Positions 19,155 to 28,334 of a stretch of DNA of 36,320 bases are shown in pieces. Numbering within the stretch: the first letter of the stretch is position 1; each line of letters begins with the position of its first letter. Origin of the DNA: an uncultured bacterium. Lineage in GTDB: Bacteria; CSSED10-310; CAZUFC01. The notes under the pieces are model-generated. The model saw only the letters and a list, made by a program, of their open reading frames with translations. It was not told the origin of the DNA and ran no database searches. Where the stretch lies: positions 1-36,320 of the forward strand of contig CAZUFC010000090.1 in NCBI GenBank assembly GCA_964619725.1. Reading direction: 5' to 3'. The translations under genes and the position numbers were made by a program.

Positions 19155-21062
19155 ATGATGAAACATTCTGACGCGAATTATAAAATTCCGAATAAAAGCG
19201 AGTTTTCCGGAATTCGTGGGATAAACCGATTATCGGCTGCAATACAATCTTTTTTGATTATTTTGCTTTCAGGATATCTTTGGTCCGGATGCGGCAATCA
19301 CCAGGACCCTGAAAAACTCAATTTATTATTAATCGTTATCGATACCTGCCGGGGAGATGCCCTTTATGCTTCAGGTCAGAACGAAGCTCTGACACCCAAC
19401 CTGGACCGGTTATGCCGGAAGGGCGCATTATTTGAGAACTTCACTGTCAACACGCCTCACACCGTACCTTCTCACTGCTCTTTATTGACCGGCCTGATTC
19501 CTGCAGTGCACAAAGTGAGATCGACAGGCGGGACAGCCCTGTCAGACAATGCGGTGACGCTGGCTGAACGGTTGAATGAGCAGAATTATGATTGCCGTGC
19601 TTTCGTCAGCGCTTCCGTTCTCAATAAAAATTATGGATTTTCTCAGGGTTTTGATTTCTATGATGAGGTCCTGCCGCAGCAAAATGAAGGAGTCCATTCA
19701 ACCTGGATGTCTATCGAAGGACGCCCCGTCAACGTGCTTTTTCATGAACGTTCCTCCATTGAAACTAACCGCCGTGTTTTTCAATCTCTCCATTCCAATC
19801 CAGTAGAATCACCTTTTTTTATCTGGGTTCACTATTTTGATCCACATTTTCCTTATTTCCCCCTACCGCCGTATGGTTTGAGATTCGACAACCCTTATGA
19901 CGGAGAAATCGCCGCCACGGATAAAGCCTTGGGAATGCTTCTCCATCGATTCCTGGAACTGGGACTCCTTGACGATACGATTATAGTCGTAACTTCAGAC
20001 CACGGTGAAAGTCTGGGAGAACACGGCGAACAGGAACATGGCCTGCTGTTGTTCAACTCAACGATAAAAACTTTCCTGATTTTAAACGGACCCGGAATAC
20101 CTCAAAACAGGATCATCAGCGATCCCTATGGACAGACCGACGTTATGCCGCTCCTGTTGAATTTGCTTGAAATAAACTCCCCCACAGTTTCAGGCTTCAA
20201 TCCGTTCGACGGTCGGACAAGAACAGACAAAGAGCTCATCAGGGCAAGCTATTCCGAGACGATGGACCCTGTGAACAGGTACGGATGGAGCCCTCTGATT
20301 ACTCTCACGGAGAATAACTGGAAATACATCCATGCCCCGCTTCCCGAACTTTATGATCTGGCGACCGATCCGGCGGAGCGGCATCCCGTAAAGGGATACG
20401 AAAATATCAAGCAAAAAATGGCCGGCGAAGTAGATTCTTTTTTAAAACTGAACGAGGATTCGTCCGGATTCGTCGAAATCCAGGACTTATCATCTCAGCA
20501 AATCGCGCAGCTTGAGAAACTGGGCTATGTGGCATCAACCAAACCTGCCGAAATGAGTTTCGACGGCGGCAATCCCATGAGTCTCATAATGGCGCATTAT
20601 TATCATAGCGAAGCGCAGAAAGCGCTCAGTCAGGGAGCCGGTCAAAGCGCAGAGGCATTTTTTGAAAAAGCGCTGGAGATAGACCCCGAAAATGCAGAAA
20701 TTCTCTCTGAATTCGGCGGGGCATTGCTTCGGCTGGGTAAGGTCCGGGAAGCGCAGAAAATACTGGAAAAATCGTTGGAAATCGATCCGTTACATTTTAA
20801 TGCGTTATTGCGGCTGGGGCATTGCGCCTATAAACTGGATCATTCCAGACTCGCAGAAAATTACTACCGTAAATTGCTGGAAATTATTCCGAATCACGCG
20901 GAAGGACATTTCTCCCTGGCTGTGGTTTATGCTGAAAGGGCTGAATATGATGCTGCTGAAATGCATTTTCATAAAGCGCTTGAACTGGAAACGAACGAAA
21001 GAAGTCTGCTCCATCAGAAAGCTCTATCAGCATTGACGAGAATCCAAAAAGAAAAATCGTGA
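19155..21062 (+). CDS. Sulfatase-fold hydrolase/transferase (probable lipoprotein) with C-terminal TPRs
   Basis: LIVIDTCRGD, TVPSHCSLLTG, HYFDPHFPY, TSDHGESLGEHGEQEHG, ELYDLATDPAE, LEKLGYV, then TPRs. Lipobox-like WSGC. Confidence 0.88.
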   Translation: MMKHSDANYKIPNKSEFSGIRGINRLSAAIQSFLIILLSGYLWSGCGNHQDPEKLNLLLIVIDTCRGDALYASGQNEALTPNLDRLCRKGALFENFTVNTPHTVPSHCSLLTGLIPAVHKVRSTGGTALSDNAVTLAERLNEQNYDCRAFVSASVLNKNYGFSQGFDFYDEVLPQQNEGVHSTWMSIEGRPVNVLFHERSSIETNRRVFQSLHSNPVESPFFIWVHYFDPHFPYFPLPPYGLRFDNPYDGEIAATDKALGMLLHRFLELGLLDDTIIVVTSDHGESLGEHGEQEHGLLLFNSTIKTFLILNGPGIPQNRIISDPYGQTDVMPLLLNLLEINSPTVSGFNPFDGRTRTDKELIRASYSETMDPVNRYGWSPLITLTENNWKYIHAPLPELYDLATDPAERHPVKGYENIKQKMAGEVDSFLKLNEDSSGFVEIQDLSSQQIAQLEKLGYVASTKPAEMSFDGGNPMSLIMAHYYHSEAQKALSQGAGQSAEAFFEKALEIDPENAEILSEFGGALLRLGKVREAQKILEKSLEIDPLHFNALLRLGHCAYKLDHSRLAENYYRKLLEIIPNHAEGHFSLAVVYAERAEYDAAEMHFHKALELETNERSLLHQKALSALTRIQKEKS

Positions 21063-21089
21063 CTTTTTTTTACGACCGATATACCTTTA

Positions 21090-23417
21090 TTGTTCATGAA
21101 GCTGTTAAACCGTTTTCCTGACAAAAAAATATTTCCTGTCATCGTTATCCTACTTTTAACCGGTTTCTTCGCCGTTTCATTTACCTCGGCATTAAAAAAA
21201 TCTCCTGTATGCGATGAATACGCAGCGCACGTCCCCAGCGGCTGGTCCTATTGGAAAAGAGGCGTTTTTTGCGGCGGTCTTGACAATCCTCCCTTGATTC
21301 AACTACTAGTCTCCCTTCCCCTGGCCCTTACTCAATCTCCTTTCGACCCTTCCGATGCCTCCGCAGTCATATATCCACGCACAATCATGATCCTGATGAC
21401 TCTCGCCCTGGCCGTTCTTCTTTTCGCACAGGCTCGACGTTTGTATTCCAGGTTAGCCAGCCTTATGGTTCTTGTTATATTTCTTTTTGAACCGAATATC
21501 CTGGCCTACTCACGGGTCGCCGTCACGGACATGGGTTTTACCTGTTTCGCCTTCACCTCCTTCATCCTCCTCGTCCGCTATCTTGAAAAACCTTCTCTCA
21601 AACGATGCATAGCAGCAGGCTGCCTTTTCGGAGCAGCAGCCGCTTCCAAATTCACTGCCTCATGGCTTGTCTTGAATTTTTTGGTTCTCACGATAATCGA
21701 TATTTTTCGGAAAAAAAACGACGCCGGCAAGGACTTCATACGAATTCTGAAAAAATTTTCCCTCCATGCTTTAATTTATGCCGCTTGCGCTCTATTTATT
21801 TTAAACAGTTTATATCTCTTCCAGGGCGCCGCTCGGTGGAATAAAGTCCCGCCGGTCTATGTACAAGAGGTGTTAGGGAGTCATTCACAGGCAGTTCTTC
21901 ACTTACTGAACGCCGGCGCCTTTTTTCTCCCTGAATTATATGTCAAGGGACTTTTGAATGTTTATTATCACGCCCGGCACGGTCATCAAAGCTACCTGTT
22001 CGGCGAGAGGTCGATTGAAGGTTGGAGTTATTATCATTTGATCGCCTTCCTCCTGAAAAGCACTGTTCCATTCCTGATATTAACGGTTCTCGCATTATCC
22101 GGCAGTATCTACAACTTCAAAAACAGGACAGCATTCATCGAACGCTATTCTCTCATCAACGCCGGACTGTTTTTCTGTTTTATTTCATTTTTCGGAATCA
22201 ACATCGGCATTCGACACGTTTTGCCTGTGTTTCCATTTTTGATTCTTTCTTTTGGAAACATTCCAGATTTTTTGAACAGGCTTTTTCGTTTTTTAAAAAA
22301 ACCTTATATCGCTTCCATATCGGTTTTTTCATGTCTGACGATTCTCCATGCAGCATCTTCCTTAAGCGTTTATCCGCATTTTATCAGTTATTTCAATTTA
22401 CTGGCAGGAGGACCGGAAAACGGCAGCGAATTCCTCCTTGATTCGAATATCGATTGGGGCCAAAACGATCTTCTGCTGGAAAAGAAACTGGAGGAATTAA
22501 ATCACCCTGTCGCTATTAATCCTGAAAAACCCCAAACAGGCTGGACGGCCGTAAACGTCAACCGTTTGAAAGGCCTCCTGGCGGAACAAGCTGAAGATTT
22601 TCTCTGGTTGGACGGCTACCCTACAGCGTTTCAAGTCGGTTATACCTGGAATTTCTACAACATAGACATTCAAAGCTATAATGAATTCGCTCGCCGTTCG
22701 GGTTCCAAGGCCTATCATCTCTGGGCGCTGGGTCTGATGTCCCTGGAAGAGGACGATGAGGAGAAGGCGATACTCCTCCTGGAGAAGGCCGTACAAAAAT
22801 CACCCATCAATTCGAAAATAGTGGAATCCTACGTGGATGCCGCTCTCGAACTCGGATTGTTCGATAAAGCATTGCAAGCCGCTCAGAAAATTTCTACGCT
22901 GGAACAAAAAAAATACACTCTTGCGGAAGAAATAGAAATATGCAGAAAATTACAAAGGGAACCCCAAAACGCAGAATACTGGAACAACCTGGGAGTCGTC
23001 AGGAATCAACTGAACCGGCTCAAAAAAGCCTATGAAGCTTACAGTAAAGCTGTCGAAATCCGGCCGAAATTCGCCAATGCCTACTATAACCGTGCCTATC
23101 TTCACTTTCATACGGGCAATCCTGAAAAAGCAGAGAAAGATGTTATGACTGCTTTGATGCTTACCACAGGATTCGAGGATGCCGAAATACTGGCGAACAA
23201 CATACAGACCGTGAAAAATGCATTGGGAAGCTCGGATCCGAAGGCGCAATATTTTTTGGGTAATTATTACGCCTCCGCCGGTAAATTTAGCAAAGCTATG
23301 GAATACTTCTTCTCATCATTCCGTCAAATGCCCGATTGTGAAAACTGCCTTCTGGCTTACGGTGAATTATACGTCGCTTTAAAATTACGTACAAAAATGA
23401 ATAAATATCTTTTTTAA
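21090..23417 (+). CDS. PMT/ArnT-like (GT39/GT83) membrane glycosyltransferase with C-terminal TPRs
   Basis: First-loop SPVCDEYAAH, NPPL, EPNILAY..VTD, ASKFTA, GIRHVLPVFP, LLDSNIDWGQ, then TPRs (YWNNLGVV, AYYNRAYL). Start is TTG 21090 or ATG 21096. Confidence 0.82.
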   Translation: MFMKLLNRFPDKKIFPVIVILLLTGFFAVSFTSALKKSPVCDEYAAHVPSGWSYWKRGVFCGGLDNPPLIQLLVSLPLALTQSPFDPSDASAVIYPRTIMILMTLALAVLLFAQARRLYSRLASLMVLVIFLFEPNILAYSRVAVTDMGFTCFAFTSFILLVRYLEKPSLKRCIAAGCLFGAAAASKFTASWLVLNFLVLTIIDIFRKKNDAGKDFIRILKKFSLHALIYAACALFILNSLYLFQGAARWNKVPPVYVQEVLGSHSQAVLHLLNAGAFFLPELYVKGLLNVYYHARHGHQSYLFGERSIEGWSYYHLIAFLLKSTVPFLILTVLALSGSIYNFKNRTAFIERYSLINAGLFFCFISFFGINIGIRHVLPVFPFLILSFGNIPDFLNRLFRFLKKPYIASISVFSCLTILHAASSLSVYPHFISYFNLLAGGPENGSEFLLDSNIDWGQNDLLLEKKLEELNHPVAINPEKPQTGWTAVNVNRLKGLLAEQAEDFLWLDGYPTAFQVGYTWNFYNIDIQSYNEFARRSGSKAYHLWALGLMSLEEDDEEKAILLLEKAVQKSPINSKIVESYVDAALELGLFDKALQAAQKISTLEQKKYTLAEEIEICRKLQREPQNAEYWNNLGVVRNQLNRLKKAYEAYSKAVEIRPKFANAYYNRAYLHFHTGNPEKAEKDVMTALMLTTGFEDAEILANNIQTVKNALGSSDPKAQYFLGNYYASAGKFSKAMEYFFSSFRQMPDCENCLLAYGELYVALKLRTKMNKYLF

Positions 23418-23567
23418 AAAATACTTATGGGATCAAAGATCAGCATTTTCTTCCAAAACAGTTTTTCTAAGAATCAACGTTTCGCTGAGCAACAGCACGA
23501 AGAAGCTTCAAAAAAAACAGCGCCGGTTTAAATTTTATTTTGTTCAGCGCCGATTTTTCTCTCAGAA

Positions 23568-26105
23568 TTATTGATTCTTTTCCAGTTTATTCAGATATTC
23601 CAGAAATTCCGTCGAGGGTTTCAAACCCAGCTGCAAGGCTTTCTTCAGATGAGTCCTGGCTCTTTCGACGTCCGGTTCAGCCAATTTAGCGTAATAAACG
23701 GCCAGATTATTGTGAGCATCGCGGTCCTGGGGATTCAGATCAAGGGCGATCAACCATTGAGATTCAGCTTTCTTGTATTGGCCTGTTTTCAATAGAGCGA
23801 CCCCATAGGCTGTATGAATGCCGGGCGCATGAGGTTCGAGATTAAGCGTGATCCGGTATTGTTCTGCTGCTTCCTCATATTGTTCGAGAGAGGACAGAAG
23901 AAGGCCATATTTTGCATGTAACAGTGGATTCCAAGGTTTTATTTTAATGTGTTTTTCATACAGGCCTGCGGCGGCGTCATAATCGCCTTCTAATATCATT
24001 ATTTCCGTTAATTGAAATAAAGCTTCATTGAAAAAGGGATCGATCTGAAGGACCTTGTGAAACCATTCCGAGGCTTGTTTTGTATCGTTTTGTTCCAGCG
24101 TAGTTACTCCCAATGAATATGCTTCCCGCGCTTTCATGATTCTGTCGCGGACATCCAGAACAGCCGAATCGGAATAATTGTTTTCGATATCGACGAATAA
24201 TGATAAATCGAATAACAGCGGAGAACGTCCTTCGAAGAAAACAGAGTCGTAAGAATTGGGAAAAAGGCGGTAAATTCTGTAGAACGAATTCTGAAAAACA
24301 AGCCTGAAATGGACTGGCTTGCTGGGTTCGAAATGTAATTGAAAAACAGTGAATTTTTCATCAAGATTAAGTCGATCGACCAGGTATCTGGCTGAAAATT
24401 TGGACCGGTCAAGCATAAAATCAGCCGGAAGAATGATATAATCGACTTCATTCTCCCTGCAGAACTGATATAAAGCATCCTCATCCTTTGAAAATAAAGC
24501 TCTCAGGGATATTTCAACTTTTCGCCGAATAACGGCGGATTCAAACATGGGATGAAGAGTTACAGGTCGACCGGCATATTCGAATATGAAAGGACTCATG
24601 CTGAAGGGGGCAAGGAAGACATCTTCATCGGTCGTGTTCCTCGATATCCAGGAAAGGAGCTTCACCTCATCGTTCATGGTCTGGAAAACCGGAGGGCCGG
24701 CGTTCGCTTCGGTCATACTCATAATTTCTTTGAAAGCAGACGTTTGGGTATATGTCGAGAAAAAATATAACTCGAAGATAATCAATCCGACGCATATCCA
24801 TTTCCATTTACGTTTTCGTCCTGATCGGGAATTTCCGATCAGTCCTGCCGTCCAGAAAGCGGCAAAAAAGGACAGGGGAATCATCATACGATCGAAAATA
24901 ATGTACAGAAACGTAAAAATCACCAGCATGCAACCCATTATAATTGCATTGATCTTTTTCCTTTTTTCTTTTCTGAGGATGGTTTTAAGAAATCCGGTCC
25001 ACCCGAACGCCATCAGCACACCCATATAGTACAGGGCCTGCAGTGGATGCGGAGATGTCCACGGTCCCATCCAGAATACTCGGGAATCAAACGAGAGGGC
25101 GGCGGGGTCTTCAGGTTTCAAATTGAAATGTAATATCTTGTCTGCGATGAGTTTGAAGGCATGTCCATAAGCTTCGTACCGGCTGAAAGTCAGGAATGAT
25201 GCTGCGCCGAGGATTACAGCGCCTGCTGCTGCTGTGCCCAGGAGGGTTTTCCTGTTTGCAATTTTTTTTCTGAGTAAGTATACGATGACCACCAGCCATC
25301 CGGGAATCATGTTAAAAGAAAGGAGAAACCATCGAGAACGTAAATGGGGAAAAAACAACGATCCGAGAGCAACTCCGAAAATTATAAGAGAACACTTTTT
25401 TGCAACCTGCTCTTCAACATGCTCCCTAAAACAAATGATCAAAAGCGCCAGGCAATAAAGAAACCATAAAAATTGGGACATATGCCACGAACCCAAGGTA
25501 ATCAGAAGTAGTATGACGGTAAAAAACAGTTCTATGGTCCTTCTGCCTTTTCTGAAAGATAATAAAGTAAACAGGATGGCTCCATAGAAGAAAGGGAGCG
25601 TGAAGTTTTCCCGCAGGTAACTGCCTACTGTCCTGACGAAGGAAGGCAGGCTGAAGGTCCACAATGCAGCGGCAGTTAAAGCGGCGAACAGGCTGGGGAA
25701 TAATCTTAAAACGGTGAAATACAGAGGAAAAATCGTCATTGAGGAGGTTAAACAGGTACACAGTATCACCAGGTCTTGAAAATCATAGTTATCTGTCCTG
25801 GTTTCAAGAAGCCGGCCCAGCATCCCCGGAAGATATTCCATAAAAATAGTGAGCTCTTCCCGGGTATCGACTCCTTCAGGATATTGCAACCTCTTGTCGA
25901 TTTCCGGTATCTCTTTTCCCTCTGCAATGAGTCTGGCGTAGTGATAATGCACTGCGCTTTCGCTGAAAAACAACCCCGCTCCGCCGGCGCTTCTTCTGGA
26001 ATTTAAGCCTGAATAGTAAACCTGTACAGAGAAAAGAATAAAAAACAGGATGAGCGGGAGAGCTAAATGGATGAAAAACAAATTATTTTTCGATTTAACT
26101 TTCAT
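23568..26105 (-). CDS. DPY19-like (GT98/STT3 clan) GT-C glycosyltransferase with C-terminal TPRs
   Basis: FSE49SAVHYHY, D-RLQYPEGVD, YLRENFTLPF, SWHMSQF, WISRNT--DVFLA..RPVTLH518PMFE, VDYIIL. No WWDYG motif. TPRs from about aa 660. Confidence 0.75.
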   Translation of the reverse strand: MKVKSKNNLFFIHLALPLILFFILFSVQVYYSGLNSRRSAGGAGLFFSESAVHYHYARLIAEGKEIPEIDKRLQYPEGVDTREELTIFMEYLPGMLGRLLETRTDNYDFQDLVILCTCLTSSMTIFPLYFTVLRLFPSLFAALTAAALWTFSLPSFVRTVGSYLRENFTLPFFYGAILFTLLSFRKGRRTIELFFTVILLLITLGSWHMSQFLWFLYCLALLIICFREHVEEQVAKKCSLIIFGVALGSLFFPHLRSRWFLLSFNMIPGWLVVIVYLLRKKIANRKTLLGTAAAGAVILGAASFLTFSRYEAYGHAFKLIADKILHFNLKPEDPAALSFDSRVFWMGPWTSPHPLQALYYMGVLMAFGWTGFLKTILRKEKRKKINAIIMGCMLVIFTFLYIIFDRMMIPLSFFAAFWTAGLIGNSRSGRKRKWKWICVGLIIFELYFFSTYTQTSAFKEIMSMTEANAGPPVFQTMNDEVKLLSWISRNTTDEDVFLAPFSMSPFIFEYAGRPVTLHPMFESAVIRRKVEISLRALFSKDEDALYQFCRENEVDYIILPADFMLDRSKFSARYLVDRLNLDEKFTVFQLHFEPSKPVHFRLVFQNSFYRIYRLFPNSYDSVFFEGRSPLLFDLSLFVDIENNYSDSAVLDVRDRIMKAREAYSLGVTTLEQNDTKQASEWFHKVLQIDPFFNEALFQLTEIMILEGDYDAAAGLYEKHIKIKPWNPLLHAKYGLLLSSLEQYEEAAEQYRITLNLEPHAPGIHTAYGVALLKTGQYKKAESQWLIALDLNPQDRDAHNNLAVYYAKLAEPDVERARTHLKKALQLGLKPSTEFLEYLNKLEKNQ

Positions 26106-26435
26106 TTTTCAGAATTTACAGCATTTCCGTCATGATCTGTTATAATACTGATCTGATTGCCTGATTCTGCTCAATGTTTCAAACTTTTGATTCCGTCGAT
26201 TCTGCGATGAATGATGAAAAAGCCGGGCAGGCTGAATAACTGCGGCTACCGGTTAATGCCTTCTTTTATACTCCTGAAATCATATTAAAAAACGGACGAA
26301 CAGGGCGAAAAGCGACTTTTTCGAACGAGCTGGTCTGCACGTGATTTTGCCGGCATGTGCAGCCGTAACGCAGCAATGATACGACAATAAATAGGCTAAA
26401 GTCAATCTGTAGCCGGCCGGCAATTAACAATCAAG

Positions 26436-26464
26436 TTGACCCGAATGCTATTTATCCTTACAAT
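26436..26464 (+). promoter_or_regulatory. Sigma70 promoter of the ABC transporter operon
   Basis: TTGACC-17 nt-TACAAT, with a GGAGG RBS at 26474-26478. Confidence 0.7.
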
Positions 26465-26484
26465 CCATTAATTGGAGGAAAAAA

Positions 26485-27525
26485 ATGTGGAAAAAAGGAT
26501 TGTTTTTAAGTGTTTTGACGGTTTGTGCGCTGCTTGTATTCCTTTTTGGGTCAGGATGCGGACAATCTAATGAGACAGCGCAGGACAAGGAAACATCCCT
26601 GGAACAGGTCACGGCTGTCGGGTCATCCTGGTACGGTCATGTTCCGGTCTGGGTCGGCATTGAACGGGGAATTTTCGAAAAGCACGGATTTGAAGTGACC
26701 TGGCGGTTCATCAACAAGAGCATGGATCGTTTGAACGCCATTTCATCCGGTGATGCTCAATTTGCGAGTCTTGGTCAGATAGCGATGCTGAGCGCCATGG
26801 CTCAGGGCAACCGGCGTTTTTACTGGGTCGGCAACCAGGATATCGCTCCCGGTTTTGAAGGACTGGTCGTTCATTCCAAAATCGAGGATTACGAGGATTT
26901 AAAAGGAAAACTGATCGGGTTTCCTTTCGGCTCATCCGTCGACCTGACGGCCCGCATGCTTCTGAAAGACCATGGGCTTGACCCGGAGAGGGATGTGAAA
27001 CTGGTTAACCTGGAAGTGGGCGACGTGCCGGCCGTGTTCAGAGCGGGCAATGTCGACGGCGCTCTGATCTGGGAACCGGGTTTCTCGCAATTGAAAGAAG
27101 TTGAAGGAGCTCGCGTGCTTGGCATGGATACCGACACGCCGGTTTATCAAAAATTCGGAACCATGACCGGGCCGGACGTTCTGGTTTTGGGAAGAGCCTG
27201 GTGCGACAAGGACCCCGAACGGGCTCGGAAATTCCTTACCGCTTATTTTGAAGCGCTTTCCCTTGTAAAAAACAACACGGACCAGGCGGCTGAAATCGTT
27301 CACGAAAAATACATACAGCAGGATATCGATCTCATCAGGGAGAACCTGTCCCGTTTCGTCTGGCTTACGCTTGAGGATCAGAAAAAGGTAATGAGCGATG
27401 CCGGCATTTTCGGACAAACCGAATACGTGATGGACATTCTTCATAATGACATGAAAGCCATCCCTGAAAAACCGCAATTTCGCGACTGGGTTCGCCCTGA
27501 TATTTTCCCTTTCAGGGACGAATAA
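26485..27525 (+). CDS. ABC transporter substrate-binding lipoprotein (SsuA/TauA/NMT1-like)
   Basis: Lipobox GSGC, DLKGKLIG, GNVDGALIWEP; first gene of an SBP-permease-ATPase trio. Confidence 0.88.
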   Translation: MWKKGLFLSVLTVCALLVFLFGSGCGQSNETAQDKETSLEQVTAVGSSWYGHVPVWVGIERGIFEKHGFEVTWRFINKSMDRLNAISSGDAQFASLGQIAMLSAMAQGNRRFYWVGNQDIAPGFEGLVVHSKIEDYEDLKGKLIGFPFGSSVDLTARMLLKDHGLDPERDVKLVNLEVGDVPAVFRAGNVDGALIWEPGFSQLKEVEGARVLGMDTDTPVYQKFGTMTGPDVLVLGRAWCDKDPERARKFLTAYFEALSLVKNNTDQAAEIVHEKYIQQDIDLIRENLSRFVWLTLEDQKKVMSDAGIFGQTEYVMDILHNDMKAIPEKPQFRDWVRPDIFPFRDE

Positions 27526-27548
27526 CAGATACGTATTTTCGCTGAATC

Positions 27549-28334
27549 ATGGAAGAAAAACCGCTTGATTTGTGGCAGACCGTCGTCATAGGCGCCGCCT
27601 CCGTAATTCTCTTTACGGGAATCTGGGAACTGCTCGTTCGACTGGACATTATTGATCCCTATTTTCTGCCTGCGCCGAGTCGCATTCTGGAAAGAGCTTT
27701 TCAGATGACGACCGGCGACAACAAGATACTCCTCAACGATATTTTCATCAGCGCCACACGCGTGCTGGCGGGTTTTCTATTGAGCACGGCCGTGGGCATA
27801 CCTTTTGGTTTTCTCATGGGTATGAGCCGTCATTTCCGTGCGGCCTTGAATCCCATCATATCCATTATCCGGCCGCTGCCTGCTTTGAGCTGGATACCGC
27901 TGTCCATGCTGTGGCTGGGCATAGGCGAACAGCAGAAATACGCCATCGTTTTTATGGGTTGTTTCGCATCTATTCTCGTTTATACGACTGATGCGGTCAT
28001 GCGGCTCGACTTGACGCTGCAGAGAGCCGCATTGAACCTGGGGGCTTCCCGTCTGCAGGTTATCCGGTTTGTGGTCCTTCCCGGCGCGCTTCCCAACATA
28101 CTGAGCGGTCTGAAGGTCGTCCTGGCGATTGCCTGGACTTGCGTGATCAGCGCTGAGATGGTCGGCGCCAACAGCGGTCTCGGTTTTCGAATTTGGACGG
28201 GAAAAGAATGGTCTGATACCGGCCAGGTGCTTGTCGGAATGATATCCATCAGCCTTACCGTACTCCTTCTCGATATCCTGTTCCGCAGCCTGGAAAAACT
28301 CCTCCTGCCCTGGCAGCATAAAGGCAGCTCATGA
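27549..28334 (+). CDS. ABC transporter permease (SsuC/TauC-like)
   Basis: FLPAPSRI, RPLPALSWIPL, EAA-like RAALNLGAS..VVLPGALP, SAEMVGANSGLG. Confidence 0.93.
   Translation: MEEKPLDLWQTVVIGAASVILFTGIWELLVRLDIIDPYFLPAPSRILERAFQMTTGDNKILLNDIFISATRVLAGFLLSTAVGIPFGFLMGMSRHFRAALNPIISIIRPLPALSWIPLSMLWLGIGEQQKYAIVFMGCFASILVYTTDAVMRLDLTLQRAALNLGASRLQVIRFVVLPGALPNILSGLKVVLAIAWTCVISAEMVGANSGLGFRIWTGKEWSDTGQVLVGMISISLTVLLLDILFRSLEKLLLPWQHKGSS

Noticed and set aside
23568-26105. Annotation as oligosaccharyltransferase PglB/AglB
   Set aside because: The WWDYG motif is absent; the motifs fit DPY19 better.
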